This document shows positions 17,298 through 28,400 of a DNA stretch of 64,000 nucleotides, one piece after another (the first letter of the stretch is position 1; every line of letters begins with the position of its first letter). The translations under genes were made by a program, and so were the position numbers. The notes beneath the pieces are model-generated. The model ran no database searches. It was given only the letters and a program-made list of their open reading frames with translations, and had not been told where the DNA came from. Source of the stretch: a virus; IMG/VR virus record IMGVR_UViG_3300027749_000066, positions 1 to 64,000 of that record, one strand, 5' to 3'.

Positions 17298-17840
17298 ATG
17301 GCAGTTACATTTTCAAATATTATCACTGGTGAAGGCAAAATTTTCTTAGGCGCTACGGCTGCTACTGCCACCGATCTTGGTGGCACAATGGATGGTGTTG
17401 AAATCGCTTGGGAACCTTCGATGGTTGAGATTGAGATCGATCAGTTTGGTGACGCTGCTCGCGTTATTACTGAGAAGATCAAGGTTTCTCTCAAGACGAA
17501 ACTCGCAGAGGCTACGCTTGAGAATCTTTCGTACTCTTGGAACTATATTGCTGCTAATCAGCTTACCACTAATGCTGGTGTTAGCAAGGTTCTGAATATT
17601 GGTATTCAGTCTGTTTATCCTGCTGAGAACTACATCAAAGTCATTGGTACTGCTCCGAACTCTTCGGCAACCAAGACTTATACTCGTACTTATGAGTGCT
17701 ATCGTGCAGTTCAGTTCTCTGCTAGCACACATACCCTGAAGCGTGCCGATGCTATCTCATTCCCGGTTGAATTCCGCATTCTTCCGAATGCAAACTACAC
17801 TGGCAAAGAGTATGGCACTATTACTGACTCACTGACCTGA
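17298..17840 (+). CDS. Major tail (tube) protein
   Basis: DLGGTMDGVEI...TKLAEATLENL...FPVEFRILP; AAGGAGGT RBS; high-expression codon bias. Confidence 0.85.
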   Translation: MAVTFSNIITGEGKIFLGATAATATDLGGTMDGVEIAWEPSMVEIEIDQFGDAARVITEKIKVSLKTKLAEATLENLSYSWNYIAANQLTTNAGVSKVLNIGIQSVYPAENYIKVIGTAPNSSATKTYTRTYECYRAVQFSASTHTLKRADAISFPVEFRILPNANYTGKEYGTITDSLT

Positions 17841-17860
17841 TAACTAAATAAAACTTAATA

Positions 17861-17892
17861 GCAAAAAGACGAGCGAAAGCTCGTCTTTTTGT
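17861..17892 (+). terminator. Intrinsic terminator after major tail gene
   Basis: CAAAAAGACGAGC-GAAA-GCTCGTCTTTTTG; followed by TGTTATAAT extended -10. Confidence 0.85.
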
Positions 17893-17928
17893 GTTATAAT
17901 AAGAGTCTACCTTAGGAGTGTCTTTAGT

Positions 17929-18225
17929 ATGGCTAAGATTAATAATGTTCGTCCCGGTGTTGAAATTTCATTTGCGGATAAAACTAGAACTATTTACCCC
18001 GTGTCGCTTCGACAGTTGAGAAGTTTGAACCTTGTTATGAAAGAAATGAATGAGTCTCAGGATGATGAGAAGTCTGTTGATTTAATGGTTCAGGCTGCTG
18101 CTATTATTCTTGATAAGATTGAGCCGGAACTTGTTTCTGATCTTGATGCTCTGGAAGATCTTATTGATATCAAGTCATTCAATCAACTTGTTGCTGCCGG
18201 GATGGGTACTGACCCAAACGCATAG
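17929..18225 (+). CDS. Tail assembly chaperone (gpG equivalent)
   Basis: Between tail tube and tape measure; slippery heptamer at the 3' end. Confidence 0.8.
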   Translation: MAKINNVRPGVEISFADKTRTIYPVSLRQLRSLNLVMKEMNESQDDEKSVDLMVQAAAIILDKIEPELVSDLDALEDLIDIKSFNQLVAAGMGTDPNA

Positions 18226-18578
18226 GCGGGGATGATGATTCAGATTTAACATTTGATGATATTCCCCTTATAGATATAGAATCACAAGTTTTTTGTGAAT
18301 GTGGATCGTGGAAAAACTTTATTGATCTTGAAGATTCTCTTTCATTAGATGAACTTGTTGTTTTATATGAAGCAGTTATAGATCGTCAGAATACTTTAAT
18401 TAAAACTATAGCTATGGCTATGGGTGCGGATATTTCAGAAGATTCTGATAGTAAAGATGACAAATATCTGAAGCCTTGGCAGGTTGATCCATCAGTTGGT
18501 GGACAAATTACTCCTGTTTTTGGTGAGCAAGAGGCTGCATCCTTGCCTATAAACCTAGGTTATTCTATAATTGAGTAG
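17929..18578 (+). CDS. Tail assembly chaperone, -1 frameshifted form (gpGT equivalent)
   Basis: C CCA AAC at 18213-18219; -1 frame is open 18213-18578 and closed by TGA at 18210. Confidence 0.8.
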
Positions 18579-18604
18579 GTTCTTTACTTTGAGTGAGTGG
18601 GTTT

Positions 18605-21600
18605 ATGTCTGATACCAGTGATGTAAATATTAATACTAGAATTAATTTTATTGAAAATGGCGCTCAACAAGTTATTGATGCTGCTCAAAAAGTTAAAAGT
18701 GCTATAACTAGTATTGGTTCATCTGCTAGTAGTGGTGCTAATATTGATTTTGGTGCTAAAAAATTAGATGAACAACGTGCTGCCATAGATGCATATAAAA
18801 GACAATTAAGTTCTCTTGGCGATGCTTTTAGCGGAAAAAGCAAATCTATTGGCGATATTTCGGCAAATGTTTCTACAGTTTATCAAGCATTTAAAAATGC
18901 AAATAGTGCTGGTATAGCTACTGCGAACACTATGACTGTTCTTGGCGCAAATGCAGGCAAGGCTACTGGAGAAACTACTAGTTTTTTTCAAAACATAAGA
19001 ATTGGTGCTGCCACTGCTCAAGCTAGTTTGGCTAGTTTAGGTGATGCATATCTTAATTCAGGTAGACAAGCAGCCTTCCAAGGTAAGACTATGATGGCTT
19101 CAATCAGTCTACCTCTTGCTGCTATAGCAACACAGGGTGTTAGAACTTTTGAATCATTTAATAGTCAAATGATTCAATTAAAAAGAGTTACACAATACAA
19201 AGAAGACTATGGTTTATTTAAAAAAGAAATTGATCAATTAAGTAATTCTTTTGGTCTTTCTACTAATGCTGCTGCTGGTTTGATGACTGAGGTTGCTGCA
19301 CTCGGTATGCATGGTTCTGATATTAACAAGATGGCTACTGAAGTCGGCAAGTTTGCTATGGTTACTCAGACTGATGCACAGACTTCTCTTGAGCTTTATA
19401 GAAAAGTAATGACAGTTTTTGGTGGGGGGAGTATTGATAAAACCACCGAAATTATGGCACAGTTAAGTGCTATTGTTGATGATACAGCATTAAGGATGGA
19501 TGATCTAACAAGCGGTCTTCCTCAAATTGCTCCTTTGATGAAAACGATGGGCTTTAGTGCTGCTGGTACTGCTGCAGCTATGGCTTCTATGGCTACTCAG
19601 GGCATTGATGCTAGTGAAGGCGCTAGTGCTCTTAAGATTGTTTTGATGAAACTTGATGATCCTACTAAAAAGATTAATAGAGTTATTCAAGATCTTGGTA
19701 TTAGTTTTTTCGATATGTCCGGCAAAGCCGAGGACGGTAATCAAAGATTAGCGGCTGCTGCTGTTCAATTCACTAATATGAATGCTGCATCTCAAACAAA
19801 AATTGTTTCTGAACTTGGTCCTAGGCAGGGGCCAAGAATTCTTGCTATGTTGCAAGATATGTCTCGGGGTGTTAAAGAACTTAATACTGTTACTGCTGAT
19901 GGTATTGTTACACAAGATGAAGCAGATGCTGTTCAGTCTGGCTGGGCTAAAGCTATGCTTGCATCAGGACAAGTGACTGGTTATACAGCAAAAACTTTAG
20001 ATAGATACAATGAAGCAGCAAAGCAAATCCAAAAAGATCCGGGAACCGGATTGAAAGTTATGAGAACTCAATTTAGTCAAATATCTCGCGATATTGGTGA
20101 TGTTGTTGCTCCTGCTTTTATTTCTGTTGGACATTTTTTATCAAATATTATTCAACTTTTTGGAAAACTTCCAAAACCTATTCAACAGGCAGTTATAGGA
20201 TTTGGAGCACTTGTTGCTGCTGTTGGACCTATGAGATATGTTTTTGGCTCAATTAAAAGTCTTATTGGCGCTGTAAGTTCTGGTATTTCTATGGTCATGC
20301 CTCAGATGACTGAGTTGACTGTTGCTCAACGAGAGTTATTACTTGCCTCTAATGCTAATAGAACTGATGTTCTTTTTGCTGGTAATACTGCTAGATTTGC
20401 TGGCGGTAAAAGAGCGACAAGATCTGCTTTAAGAGAAGCTAATAAGGACGTTGCTGGGACAGAGGGCGCTGGTATTACAGCATCTAGTACCGCTGCAGAA
20501 GGCAGCATTACTCAAGCATCCACTGTTGCTCAAACTTCATTGGATAAATTAACTCTTGGATTGCAAGAACTCTCTGCTGAAACTAAAAATTGGGCTACTA
20601 GTACTGCTGAAAGTACAACAATAGTTCAAACAAAAACTGAAATTAGTGCTAATGCAATGGATGCAGCTTATGCTAAATCAATGGAATCATTGCAAATAGC
20701 TACAGCAGCACAGAAAGTTGAGTATACACAAATTGCCGAGGCTGCTCAAGCATCAGCTGCTGAAAGAATTGCTGCTGAAAAAATGGTTGTTGAACAACAA
20801 TTAGCATCAATGGAGCAAATGAGTCTAACCAATGCTGGTTATGCTAGACAAGAAGCAGCAGTAAGAACGCTTTATTCTGAACAAGCAGCAGCAAGTCTTG
20901 AAATTAGTGCTGCTCAGAAAAAAGCATCAGCTACTTATTTTAATCCTGCTACAAATAGATTTCATTATGTTGAAACTAATAAAATGGCTAAAACTTCAAA
21001 TGTCGTTGGCACTGAAGAGCAAAAAGCAGCAGAAGAGGCTGAGATTCAACTTGCTGCTGCTAGGAAAGCAGAGTCTGCTGCACTTGCGGAAGAAACAAAT
21101 TTTCTTCTTGATTATCAAGCTGAAATTATAAAAACTGTAGCAGAAACATCAAATCTTATTAATGTTGATGAAGCTTTGAGGAATATGATGCTTTCTTTAA
21201 CTACTGAAATAGGTTATTGGGATGCTGCAAATCAATCATTAATTGAAAGCGAATTTGGCCTTAATACTGAAATGTCAGCACTTGAGAAAACTATTGAGAA
21301 TACTATTGCGTGGCGAAAAGCATCTATACCAGGCTTAATAGAAGAAGAAAATGCTCTCAATGCTTCAGGAGCAGGATTTGCTGAGTTAGCGATGTATATG
21401 CAAGAAGTCAAAACTCAAATGGAAACAATGGCAGCTGAAACAACAAATAATGCTTATTTATTTGATGTTCTTTCAGTTTCTCAAAATGCTGCGGCAGAAT
21501 CTACTCAGATGCTTGCTGCATCTATGAATATGACTGAAGAGTCGCTTATTTCAATGGCTGCTGAATTAGAAGTTACTAAAGAAGAATTTATATCAATGAT

Positions 21601-24600
21601 GGCGCCAACAGCATTGACTGAAGAAGCATTTGTTACTCTAGCAGCAACAATGCAAGCATTAGATGGCGTTATTCTTGAAACAGCAGCAGGTAACGTTCTT
21701 TTGGAGGGTACTCTTACTGGAGTTGCTGCAACTGCACAAGAGGCATCTATTGCTGCAGACGAAATGGGGGCATCATTTCTTTCTGCCTTCACTATTGGTT
21801 CTGGTGGCACAATTTTACTTATAGTTGCTGCTATTGCTGCAGTTGTTGGTATTGTTCTTTATCTTAAAAGTAATTGGAATAGTCTTGTCAATACAATGCA
21901 ACCGGGTATTGATGCATTAAAAAGTGCATTTAATAGTTTAAAAGAAGCATTTGGAAATATAGCAAAAGGAATGGGAGATGTATTCTCTCAGTTGACGGGT
22001 GGTACTACTGCTGTTGATGGTTCAACAAACTCCTTTTCTGGTCTTGGAGCAATCTTAAATTGGCTTACAGATCAATTTGCAACTGCAACACAATTTATAG
22101 CAAATGCAATTAATTTTCTTAAACCAGTTTTTATTGCTTTAGCATATATAATTAAAGATATGGTTGCTTTTGTTGCTGATCTAATCAATGGAGATTGGTC
22201 AAAAGCTTGGCAGGCATTTATTGCAATCGGATATGAAATTGTACGTCCAGTTTTAATTCTTGTTCAACAAATTGCTAGACCATTTGCTTGGTTATTTGAT
22301 AAAATTACAGGATTTAGTTCAGCAATAGCATCAGCACTTGGATTAAGTGGTCTTGCAAAAAGTTTGGATAAAACTGGAAAAGAATTAAATAGTTTTGCTA
22401 ATGATCCTGGTTGGATTAATAGTATGGATGATCATTATAGAAAAGGTATTGGAGATCTTTTTGGTCCGGCTGGCCCTGTTGCTGAGAAAAAACCCGATGC
22501 AAAAAAAGCTGGCGATGATCTTGGTGGTGCTGTAGCCGATGGTTTAAACAATGCAACTGGTGACGCTGGTAAGAGTTGGGTAAAAAATTGGATCACATCG
22601 GTTTATTCTGAACTTGATAAAGAAAAATCTAAAATTACTAGTCAAGCTAACAAAGCAATGGATGATGCTAATAAAAAAGAACAAAAAGCTTTTGATCTTA
22701 AAAGTAAAAATATTGATGAAACTATTAAAGATGAAGAGAGGCTTTACCAAACTCAACAATATCTTCAAAAGAAAAAAGAAATGCTTGATCAAAGAGATAT
22801 TGATATTGCTAATTATAAAAAAGATCGAGCTAAAGCTATCTATGAAGGACGTTACAATGACGTTCGTATGATGGATCTTGAACGTCAAAAAGGTACTATT
22901 GATTTTAATAAAAATCTTAAAGATTTGGAAGATCAAAGAGCAAAAGATCTTCTTGGTATAAATAGAACAGATCTTAAGCAAAGAATTACTGATGAAAAAC
23001 AAGCTGCTCAAGAAGCTTATGATATTAGAAAAGCGTCTTTTGATGATGCTTTGGCATTAATTACTTCTTATAGTCCTGCGACTGAAGCTGAGTTCCAAAC
23101 AATGCTTGATTCAATTAATGATTTAATTAAAGCAAATGGTGCTGCTTGGCCTGAATATGGAAAAACTGCAGCAACTCGCTTGGCGGAAGTTTTTAAGAAA
23201 GCAAATGATGATGCTTTAGAGACTTATCGCAAGAGTGGTCAGGACGCAGCAACTGCTTGGATGGAAGGTCAGGCAACAGCACAAACTATCGCAGCCTTAA
23301 CTGCTTTGAATAATAGCGGAAATACTGGAACACCGGGTAACGTCGGAGGTGTAACTACTGGAGCCAATACTGACAATACTGATATAGCATCTATATTACA
23401 AAATAGTACAGATGAACAAAAAATTGCTTTCCAAACTTTTATTGATGCACAAAATAATATGAATACTACCCCCATTACTCAAGATCAACTAGCCGCTTGG
23501 GTTGGCTCTGGTGCTGGCTTAGGTAGCCCGTCTGAAAGTGGTTCAACAAAAATTCCACAATCAGTAATTGATCAGCAAGCACAAGCTGCCGCTAATTCTT
23601 TTGGATTTAATGTTGATGTTAGCAATGTATTGCATAATAATGATCTTGATTCTCAGACTCGTTTATTTGTTGATACTATTAAACAACAAATTAGAAGTGG
23701 AAATTATGCGATGAGAGGTCAAGACGGCTGGGCTGCAGCTATGAGTGAAATTGCTAGCGAAGATAGAGAAGTAGCAAGATCAGGTAAAGCTATGTCTGAT
23801 ACAGATTGGTTACGTAATTATGCTATGCAAAAGGAGATTGATCAAAGAAAAAAGGATGAAGAAGAAAGACACAAAAATGCTGAAGAAAATAATACAGCAG
23901 TTAAAAATAATACTGAAGATGTTGTAAATCGTCATTCTTCTTATTGGGTTGATCAAATTGCTGAAATTAAAAGACTTACTGAAACTACTGATGAGGCTAT
24001 TGCTAGAAGTACAATGTCTGCTAATCAAAATATAGGAAAAGCTCTTGGAAACACGACTAGATCAATGAAAACATTTACTGATTCTTCAGGCAAAATGTGG
24101 TTTGATATGGATGGTCAGATTGTAGATGGATTTGGTCATACTGCAACTTTTACTCAAGATCAATCAGATAGAACTAAAGGCGTTCTTGTTGATAATATGA
24201 AGAATGTTTTGACAGCATCAATTGATACATTTACTGGTGGTCAAAAAGTTGTTGATTATATGAATAAACAAGGACTTGATCCTGCAAGTACTAAGGCTCA
24301 ATTTTTTAAAGATAGACTTAATGAAGTTGGTGGCGTAGTAAAAGAACTTGATGGTAAATCACTTTATATTGATTTAAATATGGGCAATGAAGATTTCTGG
24401 ACTAAATTTGATACTCTTAATGCTTGGACTAAAACTTTTGAAGGTGAAAAGGCTATTGCTGCTATGGCCGGAAATACTCTTTATGAACAAGATGGACGTT
24501 ATATGATGCGCTATGGCACTGAAGCTAATGCTATAGTTAGAGATGTTACTTCCGAACTTGGTCCGCTTAGACATATTACTCCAAAAGCATCTGGTGGACT

Positions 24601-25072
24601 GTATAGCGCTACTGTTGGAGCATTTAAAATGGCTATGGGTGGTATGGTTCAATATGCTGGTGGTGGTAGTCTTGTAAAGAATAGAAAAAATGGTATTCTT
24701 GCTAATATTGGCGAAGGTGGTTTTGATGAATATGTTATTACTACTGATCCTAAATATCGTGCTCAAAACATCGCTTATATGGCCTCTGCTGCTTCTAAAC
24801 TTGGTATATCAATGAGTGCATTACGCGCCAGAAGTGCAGTTGGCGCTGGATACGCAGTTACTGGTGGGTCAGCCTCTGGTGGTTCTGGTGGCTCTGGAGG
24901 GTCTTATGGTGGAGATGTTCATATCAGTGTTGATACATTTATTGGCGAAGAGCAGTGGTTTGCTGAAATGGCTAATAAATATAATATGACTATTGTTCCT
25001 CGTCAAAGAAAAATTGAGGGACAGCAAAAAAGAGTGGTATCATCTTATAATAATAGATGGAGTCTGAAATGA
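18605..25072 (+). CDS. Tape measure protein
   Basis: About 2150 aa, Ala-rich helical; TP901-type TMP core (GIDASEGASALK); hydrophobic segments; position after chaperones. Confidence 0.93.
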   Translation: MSDTSDVNINTRINFIENGAQQVIDAAQKVKSAITSIGSSASSGANIDFGAKKLDEQRAAIDAYKRQLSSLGDAFSGKSKSIGDISANVSTVYQAFKNANSAGIATANTMTVLGANAGKATGETTSFFQNIRIGAATAQASLASLGDAYLNSGRQAAFQGKTMMASISLPLAAIATQGVRTFESFNSQMIQLKRVTQYKEDYGLFKKEIDQLSNSFGLSTNAAAGLMTEVAALGMHGSDINKMATEVGKFAMVTQTDAQTSLELYRKVMTVFGGGSIDKTTEIMAQLSAIVDDTALRMDDLTSGLPQIAPLMKTMGFSAAGTAAAMASMATQGIDASEGASALKIVLMKLDDPTKKINRVIQDLGISFFDMSGKAEDGNQRLAAAAVQFTNMNAASQTKIVSELGPRQGPRILAMLQDMSRGVKELNTVTADGIVTQDEADAVQSGWAKAMLASGQVTGYTAKTLDRYNEAAKQIQKDPGTGLKVMRTQFSQISRDIGDVVAPAFISVGHFLSNIIQLFGKLPKPIQQAVIGFGALVAAVGPMRYVFGSIKSLIGAVSSGISMVMPQMTELTVAQRELLLASNANRTDVLFAGNTARFAGGKRATRSALREANKDVAGTEGAGITASSTAAEGSITQASTVAQTSLDKLTLGLQELSAETKNWATSTAESTTIVQTKTEISANAMDAAYAKSMESLQIATAAQKVEYTQIAEAAQASAAERIAAEKMVVEQQLASMEQMSLTNAGYARQEAAVRTLYSEQAAASLEISAAQKKASATYFNPATNRFHYVETNKMAKTSNVVGTEEQKAAEEAEIQLAAARKAESAALAEETNFLLDYQAEIIKTVAETSNLINVDEALRNMMLSLTTEIGYWDAANQSLIESEFGLNTEMSALEKTIENTIAWRKASIPGLIEEENALNASGAGFAELAMYMQEVKTQMETMAAETTNNAYLFDVLSVSQNAAAESTQMLAASMNMTEESLISMAAELEVTKEEFISMMAPTALTEEAFVTLAATMQALDGVILETAAGNVLLEGTLTGVAATAQEASIAADEMGASFLSAFTIGSGGTILLIVAAIAAVVGIVLYLKSNWNSLVNTMQPGIDALKSAFNSLKEAFGNIAKGMGDVFSQLTGGTTAVDGSTNSFSGLGAILNWLTDQFATATQFIANAINFLKPVFIALAYIIKDMVAFVADLINGDWSKAWQAFIAIGYEIVRPVLILVQQIARPFAWLFDKITGFSSAIASALGLSGLAKSLDKTGKELNSFANDPGWINSMDDHYRKGIGDLFGPAGPVAEKKPDAKKAGDDLGGAVADGLNNATGDAGKSWVKNWITSVYSELDKEKSKITSQANKAMDDANKKEQKAFDLKSKNIDETIKDEERLYQTQQYLQKKKEMLDQRDIDIANYKKDRAKAIYEGRYNDVRMMDLERQKGTIDFNKNLKDLEDQRAKDLLGINRTDLKQRITDEKQAAQEAYDIRKASFDDALALITSYSPATEAEFQTMLDSINDLIKANGAAWPEYGKTAATRLAEVFKKANDDALETYRKSGQDAATAWMEGQATAQTIAALTALNNSGNTGTPGNVGGVTTGANTDNTDIASILQNSTDEQKIAFQTFIDAQNNMNTTPITQDQLAAWVGSGAGLGSPSESGSTKIPQSVIDQQAQAAANSFGFNVDVSNVLHNNDLDSQTRLFVDTIKQQIRSGNYAMRGQDGWAAAMSEIASEDREVARSGKAMSDTDWLRNYAMQKEIDQRKKDEEERHKNAEENNTAVKNNTEDVVNRHSSYWVDQIAEIKRLTETTDEAIARSTMSANQNIGKALGNTTRSMKTFTDSSGKMWFDMDGQIVDGFGHTATFTQDQSDRTKGVLVDNMKNVLTASIDTFTGGQKVVDYMNKQGLDPASTKAQFFKDRLNEVGGVVKELDGKSLYIDLNMGNEDFWTKFDTLNAWTKTFEGEKAIAAMAGNTLYEQDGRYMMRYGTEANAIVRDVTSELGPLRHITPKASGGLYSATVGAFKMAMGGMVQYAGGGSLVKNRKNGILANIGEGGFDEYVITTDPKYRAQNIAYMASAASKLGISMSALRARSAVGAGYAVTGGSASGGSGGSGGSYGGDVHISVDTFIGEEQWFAEMANKYNMTIVPRQRKIEGQQKRVVSSYNNRWSLK

Positions 25073-25485
25073 CATCAGGTAATACTTTATTTTACCCGGC
25101 AGCCATATGGATTGATAATGTTCAGCTAACTGATCAGGGCCGTGGCCCTATTGATCGTTCTAGGGATGAAAGATCAGTCACTGTTGAACTTGCTAGTGGA
25201 ACTCGTAAAAGGTATATTAAAAGTATTAAGCATACATTTAGTATGAACTGGTCTTATCTTCCTGATGATAGCACTTGCACTATTGATGGCTACGCTGCTC
25301 GCGATACTATGATAAACTTATTAGGTGAGTCTGAGGATTCTCATACTTTAAGATTTTTTTATAAAAACGGGAAATATGAAGAGTTTACTGTATTTCTTAC
25401 TGATTATAAAGAAACTTTGAAGATGAGAAATCCTAGTTCCGGAATTTTTATTTGGGATTTAAGTATGAGTTTTGAGGAATCATGA
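25069..25485 (+). CDS. Distal tail (Dit-like) minor tail protein
   Basis: ATGA overlap with TMP; HTFSMNWSYLP and terminal LSMSFEE motifs. Confidence 0.65.
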   Translation: MTSGNTLFYPAAIWIDNVQLTDQGRGPIDRSRDERSVTVELASGTRKRYIKSIKHTFSMNWSYLPDDSTCTIDGYAARDTMINLLGESEDSHTLRFFYKNGKYEEFTVFLTDYKETLKMRNPSSGIFIWDLSMSFEES

Positions 25486-28400
25486 TACCTATATCAACAG
25501 ATCTTGCGGCTGATCTACAAGCCGATAGTCAAAATATTAAACCTAATGTAATAGCTCATATGTCTGATATGCGCTATATGCAGAATCTATCTGTTATTAC
25601 TTCTAATTATTCTTATAATAAGCAGATTATGGATAGAAAACCTCAAGTTTATTTAAAGCTAGACAAAACTGATTATAATGTTTACACTAATACAAAAACA
25701 GCAGTTATTAGTAACGCTAATCCCGGAATTGTGACTTGCATTAATCATGGCCTTGCAGATGGCACTGGTGTTCTTATTTCTGGTACAACTACTTTTCCAT
25801 CTAATGTTACTTCTGGAGAGCTATATTGCAAAGAAGTTTATTATTATATTGACTCAATTAATGCTAATCAATTTTATATTAATACTTCTCAGGCAAATGC
25901 TATTGCTAAAAGTGCGACGGGAAGAGTTAATACAAGCACTACTACTACCAATAAAGCTGTTACAATAGGCATCGCTGATCCAGCCTCATATACTGAGGCT
26001 ATTTTTACTTCTACTGCTCATGGTTTAACAAATGGAGATGCTATTACTATTAGAGGTTCAGGTGCTTTGCCTACTACTAGTGCAGATAATGGCATTTCTA
26101 CTGTGACGCTTGGAAGTACAACTTCTACTGAAAATATTTTTTATGTGCAGAACGCTAGTGCTAATACATTTTATTTAAATATCACAAAAACTGGTGCTAT
26201 TAATAATGATGATACTGGAAAATTAAAAAATACAGGTTCGCAAACAGGTATCAATACTTTTTATCCTATTTTTAATTTTACATATACTTACAATGGTAGT
26301 CATAGGATAAAAGATAGCGGTAGAATTGGACTAGATGTTAGCATTGGATCTTATAATGGTTCAGATAGATCTGTTCTTTACAATGATCCTATTGCTCCTA
26401 ATACTATGCAAAGTCTACCAATCACTCAGAGTCTAGAAGTTATTGAACCAAAATTACTTATAGATACTTTTAACAGAAGTTCTACTAGAACTGTATCTGA
26501 TGGTGTTTTGACAAATGGGTCTAAATATATCACTTCTGCTAGTGCTAATTTTACTTATTCTGATGTTGGTTGCAATATTACTGGTTCGGGATTGGCTTTG
26601 AATAGCGTCATAGTTGAATATGTAAATGAATCTACAGTGAAAATTTCTAAGTCAGCAAAAACAACGGCGTCAAGTGTATCACTTAATATTAAATTAAATA
26701 GTTTAGGATATTTTACATCTTCAGATACTTCAGATAAAACTATGGGTTATTATTCTTGGAGAACACATAATAATTTATGGCAACTTAGTGACAATAAGGC
26801 CATTTTGAGCGGCACTAGTCTTGATCCTGCTTATATTACATATAATACGACTTGTTATGATCACTATATTGATGTTAAATTTGGTAATACTGTAAATGGT
26901 CAAGGTGCTGTTCTTAGATACATTGATGAAAATAACTATATGTTATTTTATTATACTGGAACAGCGATTAGACTAGTACAGATATGTGATGGATATGCCG
27001 CTACTATTGCTACAAGTTCTGCTCATACTTTAAGCACTTCTAACTATTATAGATTTGAAGCTTTATATAATACTTTTACTGTGTATAATATGGGGACAAG
27101 TGAGCCACTTGATGCACCGTCTTCCGGGGGGACATCTCTTCTTACTGCATATGTAGATGATCCTATTTTTAGAACCGCATCGGCAACTTCTGTTGGTACC
27201 GGCAATTATCTTGGAGCTAGTAATACTAGAACTATTACAGATTTAGTAACGACTGCAGGAAGTAGCACTATCACATCAGCAACTGCTAGTTTTACTAGTA
27301 ATGATGTTGGGGCTAGCATAGCTATGGTGACTGGCAGTCAAATTTCGGCTAATGCAACTATTGTTTCTGTCACAAATTCCACTACTGCTGTCATTTCTAC
27401 AACATCAGTAACAGCGGGGACATCTTTAAATGTTAAGATTACTAGACTTATATCTAGCATTGACTATGCTGCTATTAAAAGTTTTAATTATCTTAATGGA
27501 TATAGTAATTTTGCTGCCGGTAAATATGTTTATGCAGTAAAAGAACATATCTCTGGTACACATACTTTAAATTCTAATGTAACTTCAAATTTAGAAAAAC
27601 TTTCTGGGCTTACAGATTTTACTTATAGTTTTGCAATAAATGCCACTAGTATTGCAGCTAGGGGTATATGTTGGCTTGGTGATAAAACATCTGCAACTGT
27701 ATATATACAAATGCTTGCTACTACTGGAAAAATAAGAGCAACTATTTTTGATGGTGCAACTTCTTATTTTATTACTAGTGATTATGGTGTAACAGTAGGT
27801 AACACTACGCAAGTTTTTGTAGTAAAAAAAGGTACAAAATTATCTATTTATCTTGATGGTTTAGAAAATTATAGAGATGATATCCCTACATCATTTTCTC
27901 CATATATTTCTACATCTTCTGATTTACATTTAAGAGTTGGGAGTGGCGTCAATAGTGGTACTAGCACCAGTTTTTTTAATGGAAAAATTGGCGAGTTTGC
28001 AATATTTGATTACGCTCTGACAGATGATGATGTTTTCGCTATGAAATTTTCTTTACTCACTGCTGGTGATTTTGGTATAACTGCACCGGTTGAACCTTAT
28101 GATCTTTATTTTAATGGTGATAATCTAATTGATCGTTTTAGTGAAGAAACTTTTGCTTGGGCAGTGACAAACACTTTAAATAATAATGGCGGTAATCTTA
28201 CAGTAGATGGCCATGCTCATGCTCTTGGTGTTAATTATATTTTAGATCCAGAATACACTAAGTTTAATTTAGCAACATCAACTAATAATATTCAATCAAT
28301 ACTTAGAGATAATTTTGGATGGATGGCTAGATCGCAGTCTAATGAAACAGGAAATTTTTATGCTACAAATTCTGTAAAAATTAAATTTGATTCTTTAAAA

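Noticed and set aside
18223-18250. TAG read-through or stop-codon reassignment
   Set aside because: In-frame read-through hits TAA within seven codons; all three stops end genes normally across the window.
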